DNA of 64,000 nucleotides from Sphyrna mokarran (lineage: Eukaryota), in the NCBI GenBank assembly GCA_024679065.1, contig JAGIQG010000009.1, positions 102,672,001-102,736,000 of the forward strand, read 5' to 3'. The translations under genes were made by a program, and so were the position numbers. How positions within the stretch are numbered: position 1 is the stretch's first letter; the number at the start of each line of letters is the position of its first letter. The notes beneath the pieces were generated by a model. The model did not search any database. It saw only the letters and a list, made by a program, of their open reading frames with translations, and had not been told where the DNA came from. Positions 50,201 through 63,257 of the stretch are shown in pieces.

Positions 50201-53200
50201 ATCTTTGGGATGTGGGAGGAAACCGGAGTACCCGGAGAAAACGGGGGGAATGCGCAAACTCCCACAGACACAGGCCCAAATCCATGTATCTGCACAGCAC
50301 AGCGATCACTGGATACATTCCCATGTCTGATCAGTGCTTGCTGTCAGACATGATTGTTGCAAACCTTTACCTTCTGCATCACCGTTATTAAGCAAAACTT
50401 TCAATATCAAGACCTTCAGCTATAGCCTATGATCATTATGGAATGAATGTAACTAAAAAAAATTCTTCATATTGTAGCAGCTAAATATTAATATTGGGAA
50501 AGGAGGTAAACTTCTTCCTCAACTTTTTTAGTTTAACTTTTGCTACTCAGTTCTTATTTCAGCTGCCTCCAATGCTGTTGTCAGTTCCTGTCAGAACAAG
50601 ACAGATCAAAAGGTTTGCCATAGACATGATAATACATGCCAATGAGGCCACATAAAAAAAGTCGTAACGCTCACCTGATTATAGCCTCTCTTCACTTATT
50701 CTCATGTTATGTTCACACCCCCATGAACGAATATCAGAATAATTATGTTCTTCCTTCAAAACTGAGATTCAATCAAAGAACACAAAAGTGCCATTCAGCC
50801 CAATTTACCTTTTTGAAAGACCTATCTAATTAGCTCCATTCCATTCCAAAATCCCCATAGCCCTGTAAATATTTTCTTTCAAGTACATTTGCAATTCTAT
50901 TTCGAAAGTTACCTTTGAATCTTACCTTATGCCCTTTCAACAGCTAATTTTTTGGACAATTATCTGTGTCTTTTAATTACAGATCCTCCTGCCTTTCTCC
51001 TTATTTACTCTGTCATATCCAAAGCTAATTTCAAACACCTCTATTAAATGCCCTAGTAATCTTTTCTACTCTGAGAACAATCCCAGTTTCTTTAGTGTAT
51101 AACTAAATTCTCGAGGGCAGCACACTGGTTAACACAGCTGCCTCATGGTACTATGGACCCAAGTTCAATTCCCAGCTTGGGTCAGTGTTTGTGTGGAGTT
51201 TGCACATTCTCACAGTATCTGCATGGGTTTCCTTTGTGTGCTCCAGTTTCCTCCCACACTCCAAAGATGGGCAGGGTCAGGTTGTTTGGTCATGCTAAAT
51301 CACCACTTAGTGTCAGAGGGGCTTGCAGGGTAAATACGTGTGGCTATGGGGACAGGGGTTGGGTGGGATTGGGGTAGGTGCAGACTTGATGGGCTGAATG
51401 GCCTTCTTTTATATTGTAGGGATTCTATGATTCTAATCTTTCATTCCGGTCTGTCCCTCTCCTGCGCCCCTTCAATATTTCGATGTCCTTCTTAAATTGA
51501 GGAGTCTAGTTTGGACACAATATTCCAGCTGATGGATTGGGCTACATTCACAACCCTTTGTAGTTTCTTGCATCTTGGACACAGTGGGACCTATACCAAG
51601 CTGTGATACAACTAGAAAGAATGCTCTCTATGGTACATCTGTAAAAGTGGGTGGGAGTGACAATGGACATGCCAAATTTCCTTAACCTCTTGAGAAAAGG
51701 TGTTGGTGGACTTTCTTAACTATAGTGTCAGCATGGAGGGACCAGGACAGATTTTTGGTCACCTGAATACCTGGAACGCACAGACTCCTCACAGATAGTG
51801 ATCCAAGCTTGGAATCAAATGTGGGTCCCTGGCAACTGTGAGGTCATGTTCTACTGCGTCACCTATATAGAATTTGCCACTAATTGAGCTAATATGTAAC
51901 TAAAGAACTTTATTTTCTTGAAGATTAGAATAAAGAGTAGCAGAAACAACAGATGAGGGGAATAGAACTTAAAAGAAGTTTATCTAGAGAAAAGAATTTT
52001 GAGCAAGGCATGAGTGGGACAAGGACATAACATTTATTATTAGTTACCTACAGGCCAACACATATTGCTGTTACCTCACTGCAGAATCAATTTGTTAATT
52101 ATTATTCATTACCAACAATATTTCAATCAATTACTAGGTTATTAGTCTAAATAAACAAACACACATGGCACAAAGGCTATTTTGATAGTTTAAGAAAGTG
52201 GAGGTTCATTTGGAGTACAATTGCTAGTGGCTAAATGGCTTGTATATACTATATAAGAATAATGTTTAACCTGACACTGTTTTATTTGATAGCTGAATGT
52301 GGGTTTGCTGTTTAAAAAGAAAATAAGCATTTCAATAAGTGTCAAGCTCTCCGCCTGTGAATAATGCCTTAATTTAAAAGCACTGAAAATAACTTTAAAA
52401 ATAAACAGAAGTTTTTTTAATTTTGCTGGTGTACAAATGTTTTTTTAAATTAAGTTCAGTATAGTTTCAATGTCCACAGTACCTGTGTATTGAAGAAGAT
52501 TAGCACAATGTAAAAACAGTCTAGCAGGATCTTGCAATGTCAGTTCGATGTTGTAGGTGGGATTTGATCAGCAAAAGAAAGGCAGATCTTTAGGTGGCAG
52601 AATGGTTAGCACTGATCCCTCTCAGTGCTAGGGACCCCTGTTCAATTCCAGCCTCGTGTCAATGTGTGGAGTCTGCACATTCCCCCCGTGTCTGCATGGA
52701 TTTCCTCTGAGTGCTCTGGTTTCCTCCCACAGTCCAAACACGTGCAGGTTAGGTTGATTGGCCATGGTAAATTGACTTTTGTAACAGGGGGGATTAGCAG
52801 TGCAAATATGCAGGGTTACAGGAATAGGGCATGGTGGGACTGTAGTTGGCGCAGATTCGAAGGGCCAAATGGCTTCATTCTGCACTGTAAGGATCCTATT
52901 CTGATTTATACAGTGCCTTTCACTAATACAGGACATTCCACATAATTTGCTGTTGGTAAAATATGTGGGAACATGACTTCTGATGAGTTAGTTTGTTTTG
53001 TGCCATACATTCCTGTTGTGATAGCTCAGCGGCACACCCGTGAGGTTGAAGGCACGTAGGTAGCATGTTTATAGATATTATCACTCACAGCTTTTGTGTG
53101 CCATGAATGACCCCATTCTTTAACCAGTATTTTGTTCTAAATAATGCATAACTATTCACTTCATCCCTCCTGTTCATTATCCAGTAAATATACATCTAAC

Positions 53201-55778
53201 TGTTTATCAAGGTTTTTATTGTTAATTTTACCCAATTCCTGGGAATTGCAACCAAGGTCAATCCAGAACACCAGGGCTGGCTCAAATGTACAGATGAACA
53301 TTGGGTATGGTGACTCCTAGTTAGGCATTCCCATGGACGTAGACATGAATCGCAAATTGTGTATGTTGCCTATCTGGTCCAAAGGCCAAGGACTTCATGG
53401 AACAGCTACAGGGCCCCTGAGGAGGGGAGGGTAAACGGTCAGCAGTTGTGATCCACATTGGAATCAATGAGAGATCAAAATAGGTATGTGGTCCTGCAAT
53501 CAGAATTTGGCAAGCTAGATGAGAATTTAGCAAGCAGAATCTTAAAAGTAATTATCTGTGGAATATATTTTGCTCTTATGTTTATTTTCACATCCTATCG
53601 CAGGGAAACCCATAGTTGTAAATGGCTGGAAAAATTCCAGCTCATGTGTATTTACTTGTAGAATATGTACCCTCATTTACTATTATTTACTTGATTCATT
53701 GTTACTTTTTTTTGATACCAGCTGGAAGTAAAGATGTGTTTGGTGCCATTGCTTCATCAGTTTTACTGGATCCTGAAGTTGAAGGAGATCTTAGCAATAG
53801 TGACATTATATGGGAGTTTCTTGGTAGCAGTCGAAAGGTTATTACTATTTTGGATTATGACCCGATTCACCCTATAGCAGAACCAAATAGACAGTCCAAA
53901 TCCCGTTTGTCTTTTAATGCATCCAGTAGTTCTTTAATGTTAAATGGCTTGAAACCCAATGACCAAGGAGATTATATCATCACTGTAGATGGCAAGAGGA
54001 GAGGAAGCAGAGTTCTGAAACTCATTAGTAGGTAGTTTCAATGCTTTGTTATTTTGAAAGTGATTTGGTATGTGAATTATTCAGCACTGTGCTTAAATTT
54101 AGTATCGAATTTCTGGTTGCGGTCTTTAGACTTGTGCAATGGGATAAACAATTGAAATGACAATTGGGTGGCACAGTGATTAGCACTGCTGCCTCACAGT
54201 GCCAGGGACTAGTGTTCGATTCCAGCCTCGGGTCACTGTATGGAGTTTCTCTCTGTGTCTGCGTGGGTTTCCTCTGGGTGCTCTGATTTCCTCTCACAGT
54301 CAAAAGATGTTTGGGTTGGGTTTAGGTCATGCTAAATTGACCCTACTGTTATTTGAATTAGCAAGGTAAATATGTGGGGTTACGGAAATAGGGCCTGTTT
54401 GGGATTGTGATCGGTGCAGACTTGATAGGCCAAATGGCCTCCTTTTGCACTGTAGGGATTCTATAGATAACAAAAATTGAATGTGACTCTTAGATTTGAT
54501 TTATTATTGTCACGTGTATTGGGATACAGTGAAAAGTATTCTTTCTTGCACTATACAGATAAAACATACCATTCATAGACTACATAGGGAAGAAGGAAAG
54601 GAGAGGGTACAGAAAATAGTGTTACAAGTCTTAGCTAGGGAACAGAGAAAGATCAGTTTAATATGAGGTAGGTCCATTTAAAGGTCTGATGGCAGCGGAG
54701 AAGGAGCTGTTTTTGAGTCAGTTGGTACATGATCTCAGACTTTTTGTATTTTTTCCTGACAGAAGAAGGTGGAAGAGAGAACATCCGGGGTGCATAAGGT
54801 CCTTGATATTGCTGGTTGTTTTTCTGAAGCAGCAGGAAGTATAACAGATTCAATAGATGGGAGGCTGGTTTGCCTGGGTTACTCTCATAACTCATTGTAT
54901 TTTTGTCATTTTTCTGCAATGTTCACAAACCTACTTAATGAATAAACTTTAAAAAGACCGACTTGGGAGCTTGTTGCTCTGAATCAAGTTGCAGTGCAGT
55001 AAAGACAATGTCTTCTACAGAAAAAAGGAAGACAATTCTAATGCGGCCAAGTACAGCCTGTTCTTTTAACCTCCTCTCAACCATCAATTGAACAATATGC
55101 CTAAATCCTGAACAAGTCAGCAAATCGAGCATTACTTGTGGAGAAAAAAAAAGAGTGAATATTTCCGGACAATGGCCTTTCATCTGTTTCTTCATGATGC
55201 CTGATTTATGGAAGGTTTCGAGGATTTTGATGTCTAGCAACTGCAGCATTTTGTTTTGGAAACATAAATTGTTAATGGGAGACAGCAATGATGCCCCCTG
55301 CAAGCTCGAAGGGCAAAATAGCCTGAGCCTGCTCCTAGTTTTGTATGATCTTACAGCTGACAGTCTTTGTAATATAATTATGGCATTGGTAGTTCAGTTT
55401 GGAGTTGTAGAATATTATCAGGTCAAGAACAGAGCTCTTGTTCAGCTAACTACACTAACAGCATGTGAAGCAGTGATGTCCTTTTGCTGTTTTCTGTCCA
55501 TTTCTTCTCTCCCACAGAGCCACTATCAGAGCCTTCGATCAGTATTATCCATCTTAATATCACCATCAAACTGACCTGTCAAATATCTGAGGGAAAAGTA
55601 AGTTCCATTCTGTGGCAAAAAGGCGACAAAATGATCAGAAATGCTGAATACTATTGGTTAATGCAAAACGACAGCGTGTTGATTATATCAGAGGCCAACA
55701 AATCAGATTGTGGAATTTACACTTGCATTGTGGAGAACCCTGCCAGCAGGAAGAACCATTCATTCCCTTTTATTAATG
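47229..55778 (+). CDS. Gene B (5' part): leader-IgV-IgV-IgC2 paralog of gene A, HEPACAM-like; 3' exons not found in window
   Basis: Exons 47229-47295, 48062-48463, 53722-54027, 55518-55778; the last two are clear paralogs of the gene A Ig exons, including conserved intron flanks. Confidence 0.75.
48062..48463 (+). CDS. Gene B N-terminal IgV exon, HEPACAM/GlialCAM-like
   Basis: ttttcttttag|AG; NGTVGQSMLLSASY..IKW..DYRFRTALFPENASLLLEYLQLNDSRVYELSI resembles, from memory, the HEPACAM V domain ([33 protein letters not shown]). Donor is ambiguous: phase-1 TAG|gtactt (48463) or phase-0 TTG|gtaggt (48459). Confidence 0.85.
50005..50280 (-). mobile_element. V-SINE variant with a third tail, (AGAACAA)n on + strand
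   Basis: V core plus a distinct CR1-like tail acaggcccttcggcc with 7-bp terminal repeats. Confidence 0.7.
53310..53560 (+). mobile_element. CR1 ORF1 (SGNH-esterase-like) remnant
   Basis: Frameshifted VCCLSGPKAKDF..VVIHIGINE..RILKVIICG, similar to 61777-62427. Confidence 0.65.
53722..54027 (+). CDS. Gene B second IgV exon
   Basis: gataccag|CT...ATT A|gtaggt, 306 bp; ungapped alignment with the gene A IgV, about 52/102 identical residues by hand count. Confidence 0.92.
54490..54880 (-). mobile_element. Rex1/Babar LINE 3' fragment
   Basis: Same 3' end and tail as 13968-14360. Confidence 0.8.
55518..55778 (+). CDS. Gene B IgC2 exon
   Basis: ctcccacag|AG...AAT G|gtgagt, 261 bp; PLSEP..KLTC..LWQK..SDCGIYTCIVENPAS. 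Confidence 0.92.
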
Positions 55779-56361
55779 GTGAGTCAACCCAGTCTGTCAA
55801 TTCATTTTATTAGTTATGATAAATATTCTGTGGACGTGCCTTGTTGAAGGTGTGTAATGTTGGACTAACATATTTGTCTGTGATCAAACAAAGGAGCAAG
55901 ACAGAAAACAGAGGCTGGGACTGTAATTGGGACTTTCCCGAAGTAGACTCCAACCTTTCCAATCAGCACCAAATAAAAAATCTCTCAGTTTTCCTCAGAG
56001 TACGGACAGGAGCATAATCCATATCTTTCCTATAGTACAAAAAGAGGCCATTCGGCCCATTGAGTCTGCACCAACCACAATCCCACCCAGGCCCTACCCC
56101 TATATCCCTACATATTTACCCACTAACCTACGCATCTCAGGCCATTAAGGGTAATTTTTGGTATAGCCAATCAACCTAACCCCGCACATCTGTGGGAGAA
56201 AACCAGAGCACCCGGAGGAAACCCACGCAGACACGAGGAGAATGTGTAAGTCCCACTCAGACAGTGACCCAAGCTGGGAATCGAACCCAGGTCCCTGAAG
56301 CTGTGAAGTAGCAGTGCTAACCACTGTGCCACCACACCGTCCATGTGAATGATAGAGTCAA

Positions 56362-56605
56362 GGTATGTTGGGATGGAGTGAAGATGGAGTGAGTGAAGGA
56401 GGGAGTGAAGATGGAGTGAAGAGGGAGGAAATGAAAGAGGAGTGAAGGAGGAATGAGGGGGAGGGAGGGAGGGGAGAAGATGGTGTGAGGGGAGGGAGGG
56501 CTGAGTGGGCATGAGGTGAGTGGGCATGGGGTGAGGGGGGCGGAGGGTGAGGAGGGAGGTAGTGGGGGGAAGGGTGAGGGGGAGTGAGCGGGAAGGTTTG
56601 GGGTG
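56362..56605 (+). repeat. Purine-rich low-complexity tract
   Basis: GGAGTGAAG and GGGGAG-like degenerate repeats between two divergent SINE heads; G4/H-DNA potential. Confidence 0.8.
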
Positions 56606-58324
56606 GCACGGTGGCACAGTGGTTAGCACTGCTGTCTCACAGTGCTAGGGACTTGGGTTCAATATCCGGCTTGGGTCACTGTCTGTGTGAATTCTGCACA
56701 TTCTCCCATGTCTGCTTGGATTTCCTCCGGGTGCTCCAGTTTCCTCCCACACTCTGAAAGACGTGCTGAATAGCATGAATTGACTGTGATAAAAATAAGA
56801 TGTGTGGGTTAGAGAGATTAGCGGATAAAGGACCTGTGTGTGTTTGTGATCGGTAAGCTTGATGTAGGGATTATGAAAATAAGTTGACAAGTACTTTTAA
56901 GCCCTTTCACTTATGACTTTTAACAGGGTGTGTTTGGAGGTTGGCAGGAAAGCCCATGGAAATAAACTTCTTGACTTAAATAAGCCAAGAGCTAATTAAT
57001 TCTGCCTTTGACCCAGCATTCTGTCTTCGACAGCCTGCATAGGCAGGATTTTCCAGTTGCGCTTACTCCAAGATCAGAATTTCCCACTTGCCCTTATCAA
57101 CAGACCTTACAATGGTCTGTCAAATTTTCCAGTCCCACTGTTTAACTAAGGTTAAAATCAAAGTCTACCAGACCATTATCCTTACCAAGCTGCTGTACGG
57201 CACTGAATCCTGATTCTGCTATAGGCACCACAACAAAGCTCTGGAAGGCTAAAATACAATCCATGGTTCAAGGAAATGCAATCCTATCAAAAGTAACAAT
57301 TCTGCATTGTCAGATTAAAAACTCTTAGAATTATAGAAGAAGGCCATTCAGTCCATCGAGCCTATACTGACAATAATCCCACACAGACCCTATCCCTGCA
57401 GCCCCATGTATATACCCTGCTAATCCCCCTGACAATAATAATCAATTTAGCATGGTCAATCAACATAACCCAATCTTTGGAATGTGGGAGGAAAGCAGAG
57501 CACCCAGAGGAAATGCATGCAGACATGGGACGAACGTGCAAACTCCACACAAACAAGACTGGATTGAACACTCGTCCAGAGTGCTGTGAGGCAGCAGTGC
57601 TAACTGTTGTGCCACCCCCTAATAATATCTGCACATCTCTGCAATAATGTGGATTGTTCATCATATTATTGCAATTAGCTGAGCACAATGGTTAGCACTG
57701 CTGCCTCACAGAACCAGGGATCTGAGTTTGATTTCCAGCTTGGGACACTGTGCGGAATCTGCACGTTCTCCTCATGTCTGCATGGGCTTACTCAGTGTTC
57801 TGGTTTCCTCCCACAAGCTGAAAGGTGTGTTGGTTAAGTGCATCGGCCATGCTAAATCCTCCCTCAGTATACCCGAACAGAGCCTAGCGTGTGGCAACGA
57901 GTGGATTTTCACAGTAAGTTTATTGCAGTGTTAATATAAGCCTGCTTGTGACACTAATAAATAAACTTAATGTCTGGCTTATAAGTGTCCCAGTATGTGT
58001 TGTATGAAGTTAATATACTATTCACTCCAAGATCTCCGTTGTTTTTTTTAATCTCCGTCGCCAACCCTCTTTCTGTTAAGGAAGCTGACAATGGAATGCC
58101 TTGCAATCAAGATGCAAATTTTCCTTTTCAGTGCAGGCTTGGCCCACAAAAGCACCACGGGCAAACTCAAATGCCTGTCATTCATGATTCCAAATGAATG
58201 GTTCGAAAATGTGCTTGAATTTATATCTGGTGCTCTTAGCAAGTGAAGCTGTGGTGTCTGGCTGCAACTCTGAATGGTTTGCTATTAATTTGGTTATATT
58301 GCTAGCTGTAGTTTCAGAAGTTAT

Positions 58325-58458
58325 GGCCAGAGATTTTCAGGCATTCATGCCCACTGTCGCTGCAAGCAAGGTTGAGAATCTAGTGCTAGACCAAATTTCT
58401 GTTCACTGCAATGGGACCAGAAAACACTGCCAGCATTAACGGCTGGAAAATTCTGCCT
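58325..58458. mobile_element. MITE-like element with GGC.GGATTTTC / GAAAAT.C.GCC termini
   Basis: Imperfect terminal inverted repeats; related pieces near 3820-3926, 4781-4830, 18899-19090, 19740-19780, 29790-29870, 57040-57135, 58808-58937, 59072-59176. Confidence 0.5.
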
Positions 58459-60721
58459 GGATAATCCTGCCCTATGTCACTGTCACCAAAAGTCAAAATG
58501 CATTCATTAAAATAGATCTCTCATGGCGTTGCTTCATTTTTATTTAATATTCATTAATGAGATGTGGGTGTCATTGGCTAGGCCAATATTTACAGCCCAT
58601 CCTTAATTTTTTCCACAAAGGTGTAGTGTGCTGCCTTCTTGAACAACTGCATTCTCCATGTTGCGTGAATATCAACAGTGCTGTTAGGAAGGAAATTCCA
58701 AGATTTTGACCCCCATCAACGATGAAGGAATGGCAGTTTAGGTTTAAATCGGGATGGTTTTATGAGGATTAGATTGCTAAGATATCGTTTCAGACCACAA
58801 ACTCTTTGGCCAGGCTTTTCTGGTCCCACTTGCCCAGGGACTGGAAATTTCCACTCGGTCAATGAACCTTTTGCCAGTCAGTCAAATTATCCTTCCTACT
58901 TGTGACAAATCCTGATGCAACAGGAAGATTTAGGCCTCAAATTTATTGGAGATGGCACAAGCAGCAAAAGACAGGAATTTAAGGATCTTTAATGGTTCTG
59001 ACATAAAAAAAGATGCCCTTAATGAGAGTTCATGTTATTTTTCCAATCTATAATCTGTTGTAAGAATCAAAAGGGTGAATTTTACAGCCCTTCCCAGCAG
59101 ATTTTCCAGTCCCAGCACAAATCAGTGGATTTTGAACTGTCCAGTGCCACCATAACAGGACTATAACATTTTCCCCAAAGAGAAATATATATCAAGTAGC
59201 TGTCTTAGAGGAGGCAGTGGTGTAGTGGTATTGTCACTGGATTAGTAATTCAGAGACCTAGGGTGAGGCCCTGGGGATCCAGATTCAAATACTACCATGA
59301 CAGATGGTGAAATTTGAATTCAATTTTTAAACTCTGGGATTAAAAGTCTCATGATATCAAACCTGTATTGATTGTCACAAAAACCTATCTGGCTCATGAA
59401 TGTTTTTTAGGGAAGGAAATGTGTTGTTCTTACCTGGTCTGGCCTCTAGGTGAATCCAGACTCAATGATGTGGTTCACTCTTAACTGCCCTCAGGGATGG
59501 GAGTTATGGGAAGCCAGCAGTGCCTACATCCCATAAATAAAAAAAGACTATAGTGAGTTTTTCAGCAAATATGCTGTCTAAAACTTAAATTTATGAATGT
59601 GTGTCACTATATCAATTAGAGATAAAGATTATGAGTCATCAGAGCCTGCAGCTTATGCACAAACAGTGTAACTGTTGCCAAGTTTTTTTTCTCTTGGTTG
59701 TACTTTGCATCATGCGTAAGTATTGATCACGGTGTTTCAACACTTGTTTAATGGATACAAACTGCTGTTTGAAGAAATTGTCGCTAATGTGATTTTTTTT
59801 CTCCTTTTGTTCACTATTTGGGACTATTGGGTGGGCATATTGGGATATTCTGTGCTTCTAGGCAGAACTATGTTCTTTTTTCAGATTAGAAACGTGACAA
59901 GCTTTAGGTGTGAAATCTTGTGATGTTGTTTTGTTTTCTGGCACACGAAAGTGGGAAATTTTGGTCAAAATTCTTCATGCTAGAACCTGTTCTTAGAATT
60001 GTATAAAATGAGTGAAAAATATCTTTGACAGCCTGGCAATTCTACAGGGACAAGTTAAGAATTAGGAGGCAGAGTTGGGTAAGATACACAAATAGATATT
60101 GGCGGGGCTGGAAGATCCTGAGATTGGCCAACGGAGAGCTGGAAAATATGCCCTGGGGAAGAGGGGAAGTGTAAGAAAATTCCATTATTTTATTTTACCC
60201 TGGCAACTTTCTTTGTATTTCAACAGTGACTGACAAAGCCATCTTCTGACTGACATGCCCAGCCTGTCCCCACACAAAAATATCACCAAGTTAAAATGAT
60301 TTGTTACTTGGAGATGGATTAGATTGTGGCATTGTTCTCATGTGTCTGCTGCACTAGTTCTTCTTGGTGGTCGGGGGTTTGAAGATTTGGAGAGTTAATT
60401 TTCTGTATGGTATGTTTAGGCGTTGCTGTACACTGTTGGTGGAGGGAGTGGAGGTTTAAGTTGCCAATGAAAGGAGAGCTTTGGATTGTCTTGTATGTTT
60501 GAGCTATTGCTGCACCCATCTAGGAAAGTGAGGAGTTTTGCACACCTTGTACATGACAGAGAGGTATTGGTGAGTCAGGAAGTGTATTACTTGCTGAGGA
60601 ATGCCCAGTCTCTGACCTAACGTACCAAGGAATATCTGTATTTATATGGCTGACCCATGGTCTACAACATCCCCTCATGCTCCCATGAACGACATGAGCA
60701 GGAATCCCTGGCTTGTTTGTG

Positions 60722-61352
60722 ATAAGAACTCAATAAGAATTTAGCAACACCAATTTTAAATCCAACTGATTTATTTGATAGTAAAATTGCGAGCTTTCGA
60801 CACTCTGTGTGTTTGTCAGGCAAATGCAGTGTTCTGGTCTGCAATAGCACACATCAGCACAGACAGTCAGAGATTGCTGATTAGAATGCGAATCCTTACA
60901 TCTAACCTGCTATTCAAGTGTTAAAGTGGCTAACAATGTGTGTGAAGGGGATCCTGAGCATTGGTAGAGAATTGTGTATTTTCTCCAGACAGCACAGTAA
61001 GTGAGGTTTTTTGCTAACCCAGGCAAGTTACGGGGGTTACAGATAGTGTGTCATGAAGCCAAAATCCCTATTAAGACCGTCCTCATGTGTGCGGAACTTG
61101 GCTATCAGTCTCTGCTCAGCGACTCTGCGCTGTCATGTGTCACGAAAGCCCCCTTGAAGAACATTTACCCGCAGGTCGGAGGCCGAATGCCCATGACTGC
61201 TGAAGTGTTCGCCCACAGGAAGGGAACTGTTTTGCCTGGTGATTGCTGAGCAATGCTCATTCATCCGCTGTCGTAGTGTCTGCATGGTCTCCCCAATGTA
61301 CCATGCTTCGGGATATCCTTTCTTGCAACGTATTAGGTAGACAACGTTGGCC
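60722..61352 (-). mobile_element. Penelope-like element 3' end (GIY-YIG endonuclease + pLTR)
   Basis: NVVYLIRCKKGYPEAWYIGETMQTLRQRMNEH..PVGEHF; ends in the pLTR sequence shared with the palindromic inserts. Confidence 0.93.
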
Positions 61353-62690
61353 AATAATCGCCCCCTTTCTATTCCTCAACTCCACCCACAGCAACTCCAC
61401 TCCTAACTCCTCTGTATCATCCTCTCTCTGCACTGCCGTGATGCTCTCCCTAACAATGCCACTCCCCCACTTCTTCTGGACCCTCCTCTGTCACGCCTGA
61501 AACACTTATACCCAGGAATATTCAGTTGCCACTGCTCCCCTTCCTTTAACCATGTCTCCGTCACTGCAACCACATCCAAGTTCCTCGCAAACATTAAGGC
61601 CCTAAATTCATCCGTTTTTCCAGTTACGCTCCTCGCATTCAAACAGACACACTCCAGACCTCCAAGCTCACTCGGAACTTCGTTCTCCCTGGTGTATTTC
61701 TTCTCATCCAAGCTTATTCTACCTCCCATCTCACTCTCTACCGAGCTATCAGTCTCAGCCCCTCCCCCCCTCCATATTAGTTTAAATTCTGCCGAAACAC
61801 TGCAGCTAACCTCCCAGCTAAGATATTCACACCCTTCCCATTTAAGTGTTCCCCATCCCTTCTATACAGGTGCCCTTCTTTCACAAAGACTTCCCAGTTA
61901 TCCACAAATATGAAACCCTCTACCCTACACCAGTCCTTCAGCCATGCATTCAGCTGTAGGATCTTATTTCTCCTGGCTCCGCTATTACCTGGCCCTGGAA
62001 GCAGCCCTGAGATCGCCACCCTGGAGGCCCTGCTCTTCAGCCTACCCCCCAACTCCCTGAACTGCCTTCGTATATCCTCCCTGCACTTCCTTCCTACATC
62101 CTTCTCTCCTACGTGAATAATCACATCCGCCTGGGTCCCCTCACCCTTCAAAATGCCCTCTACCCTGTCAGACACATCTTGCACCCCTGTTCCAGGGAGG
62201 CAAACTACCATCCTGGAGTCCCGCCTTGGACCACAGAAGCGCCTATCTATTCCTTTAACCCTCCCAACCCCCACCACTATCTCCCTTCTAGCCCCTTTCC
62301 TCCCCTTTGAGGTACTCTGGCCCTCCCGCCTTACCTTTTTTACACCTCCGCCCTCGATATTTTGGGGGGGGGCTGCCACCGGGGAAGTCTTTGGACTGTC
62401 TCCCCTCTCTTTTTTCCGCTTCCTCACAGTAATCTACCTGTAAGGGTCAAGTTCCCCCCACTTAGGCTCTGGGTCCGCCACCTTACTCTGCCTCCCTTCC
62501 ATGAATGCCTCCTTCTCCCGGACTAAAAATGCATCTTCCAATCGCCGTTCTAGTTGCTTGACCCGAACCCTCAGATGCTGCAGCTCCAAACACTTGACAC
62601 ATACGTGGTCTTTTGGGAGAGGTCTTGCCTCCAGGAACTCCCACATATGACACTGTACACAGGTGAGGCATCTAAAGGGGAAGTTTCATG
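61352..62690 (-). mobile_element. CR1 5' half: ORF1 (zinc finger, leucine zipper, SGNH esterase-like) and start of ORF2 AP endonuclease
   Basis: CVQCHMW..HVCVKC..LERRL; VVCLPG..VIIHVG..VAISGLLP..YRRDGEHLN; in-frame TAG at 62434; ORF2 CLNARS..DVVAVTETWL..IPGYKCFRRDR. Confidence 0.92.
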
Positions 62691-63257
62691 GCATTTCTCT
62701 ATTAATGCTTGTGACTTATGCCAAGTATAGTTTAAAAAAAGATCAAACAGGCCAGTCCAATAAACAAGGTGAGGTGGAGCGAGGGAGAAGAGATTTGACT
62801 AATTGATTCGTAATTCCACCTGCCTTTCAAAGGGAATTAGATTATTTTTAAAAAATTCTTCATGGGGCATGGCCATCGCTGGCTGGCTAGCATTTATTGC
62901 CCATCCTCGTTGCCCTTAGAGGGCATTTGAAAGTCAACCACACTGATTTGGCTCTGGAGTAACAGGTAGGTCAGACCAGATGAGAATGGAAGATTTTCTT
63001 CCCTAAAGGACATTAGTGAACCAAATGGGTTTTTCGATAATCAGCAATGCTTTCATGATCGTCAGTAATTCCAAATATTTTTATTGAATTCAAATTCCAC
63101 CATCTGCTGAGGCAGGATTTGAACGCAAGTTCCCAGGATATTAAGTGAGTTTTTGGCGAAAATATTACTGAGCCATTGCCTACCCATTAACCAAAGGGAG
63201 AGAATTTTCAGGGGTTATGGGTGGATGGCATTGGGCATTGCTCTGGCAGAGAGAACC

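Noticed and set aside
50563-50612. Possible linker exon in gene B (AASNAVVSSCQNKTDQK)
   Set aside because: Good acceptor but weak donor, and its phase 1-0 does not fit the phase-1 acceptor at 53722 without a further exon.
58194-58439. Hydrophobic ORF as a gene B TM exon
   Set aside because: No phase-1 acceptor/donor pair giving an open TM exon, no similarity to gene A TM exons, and the 3' half is a MITE-like repeat.
59723-59923. Hydrophobic ORF as a gene B TM exon
   Set aside because: T-rich intron-like sequence without convincing splice sites.
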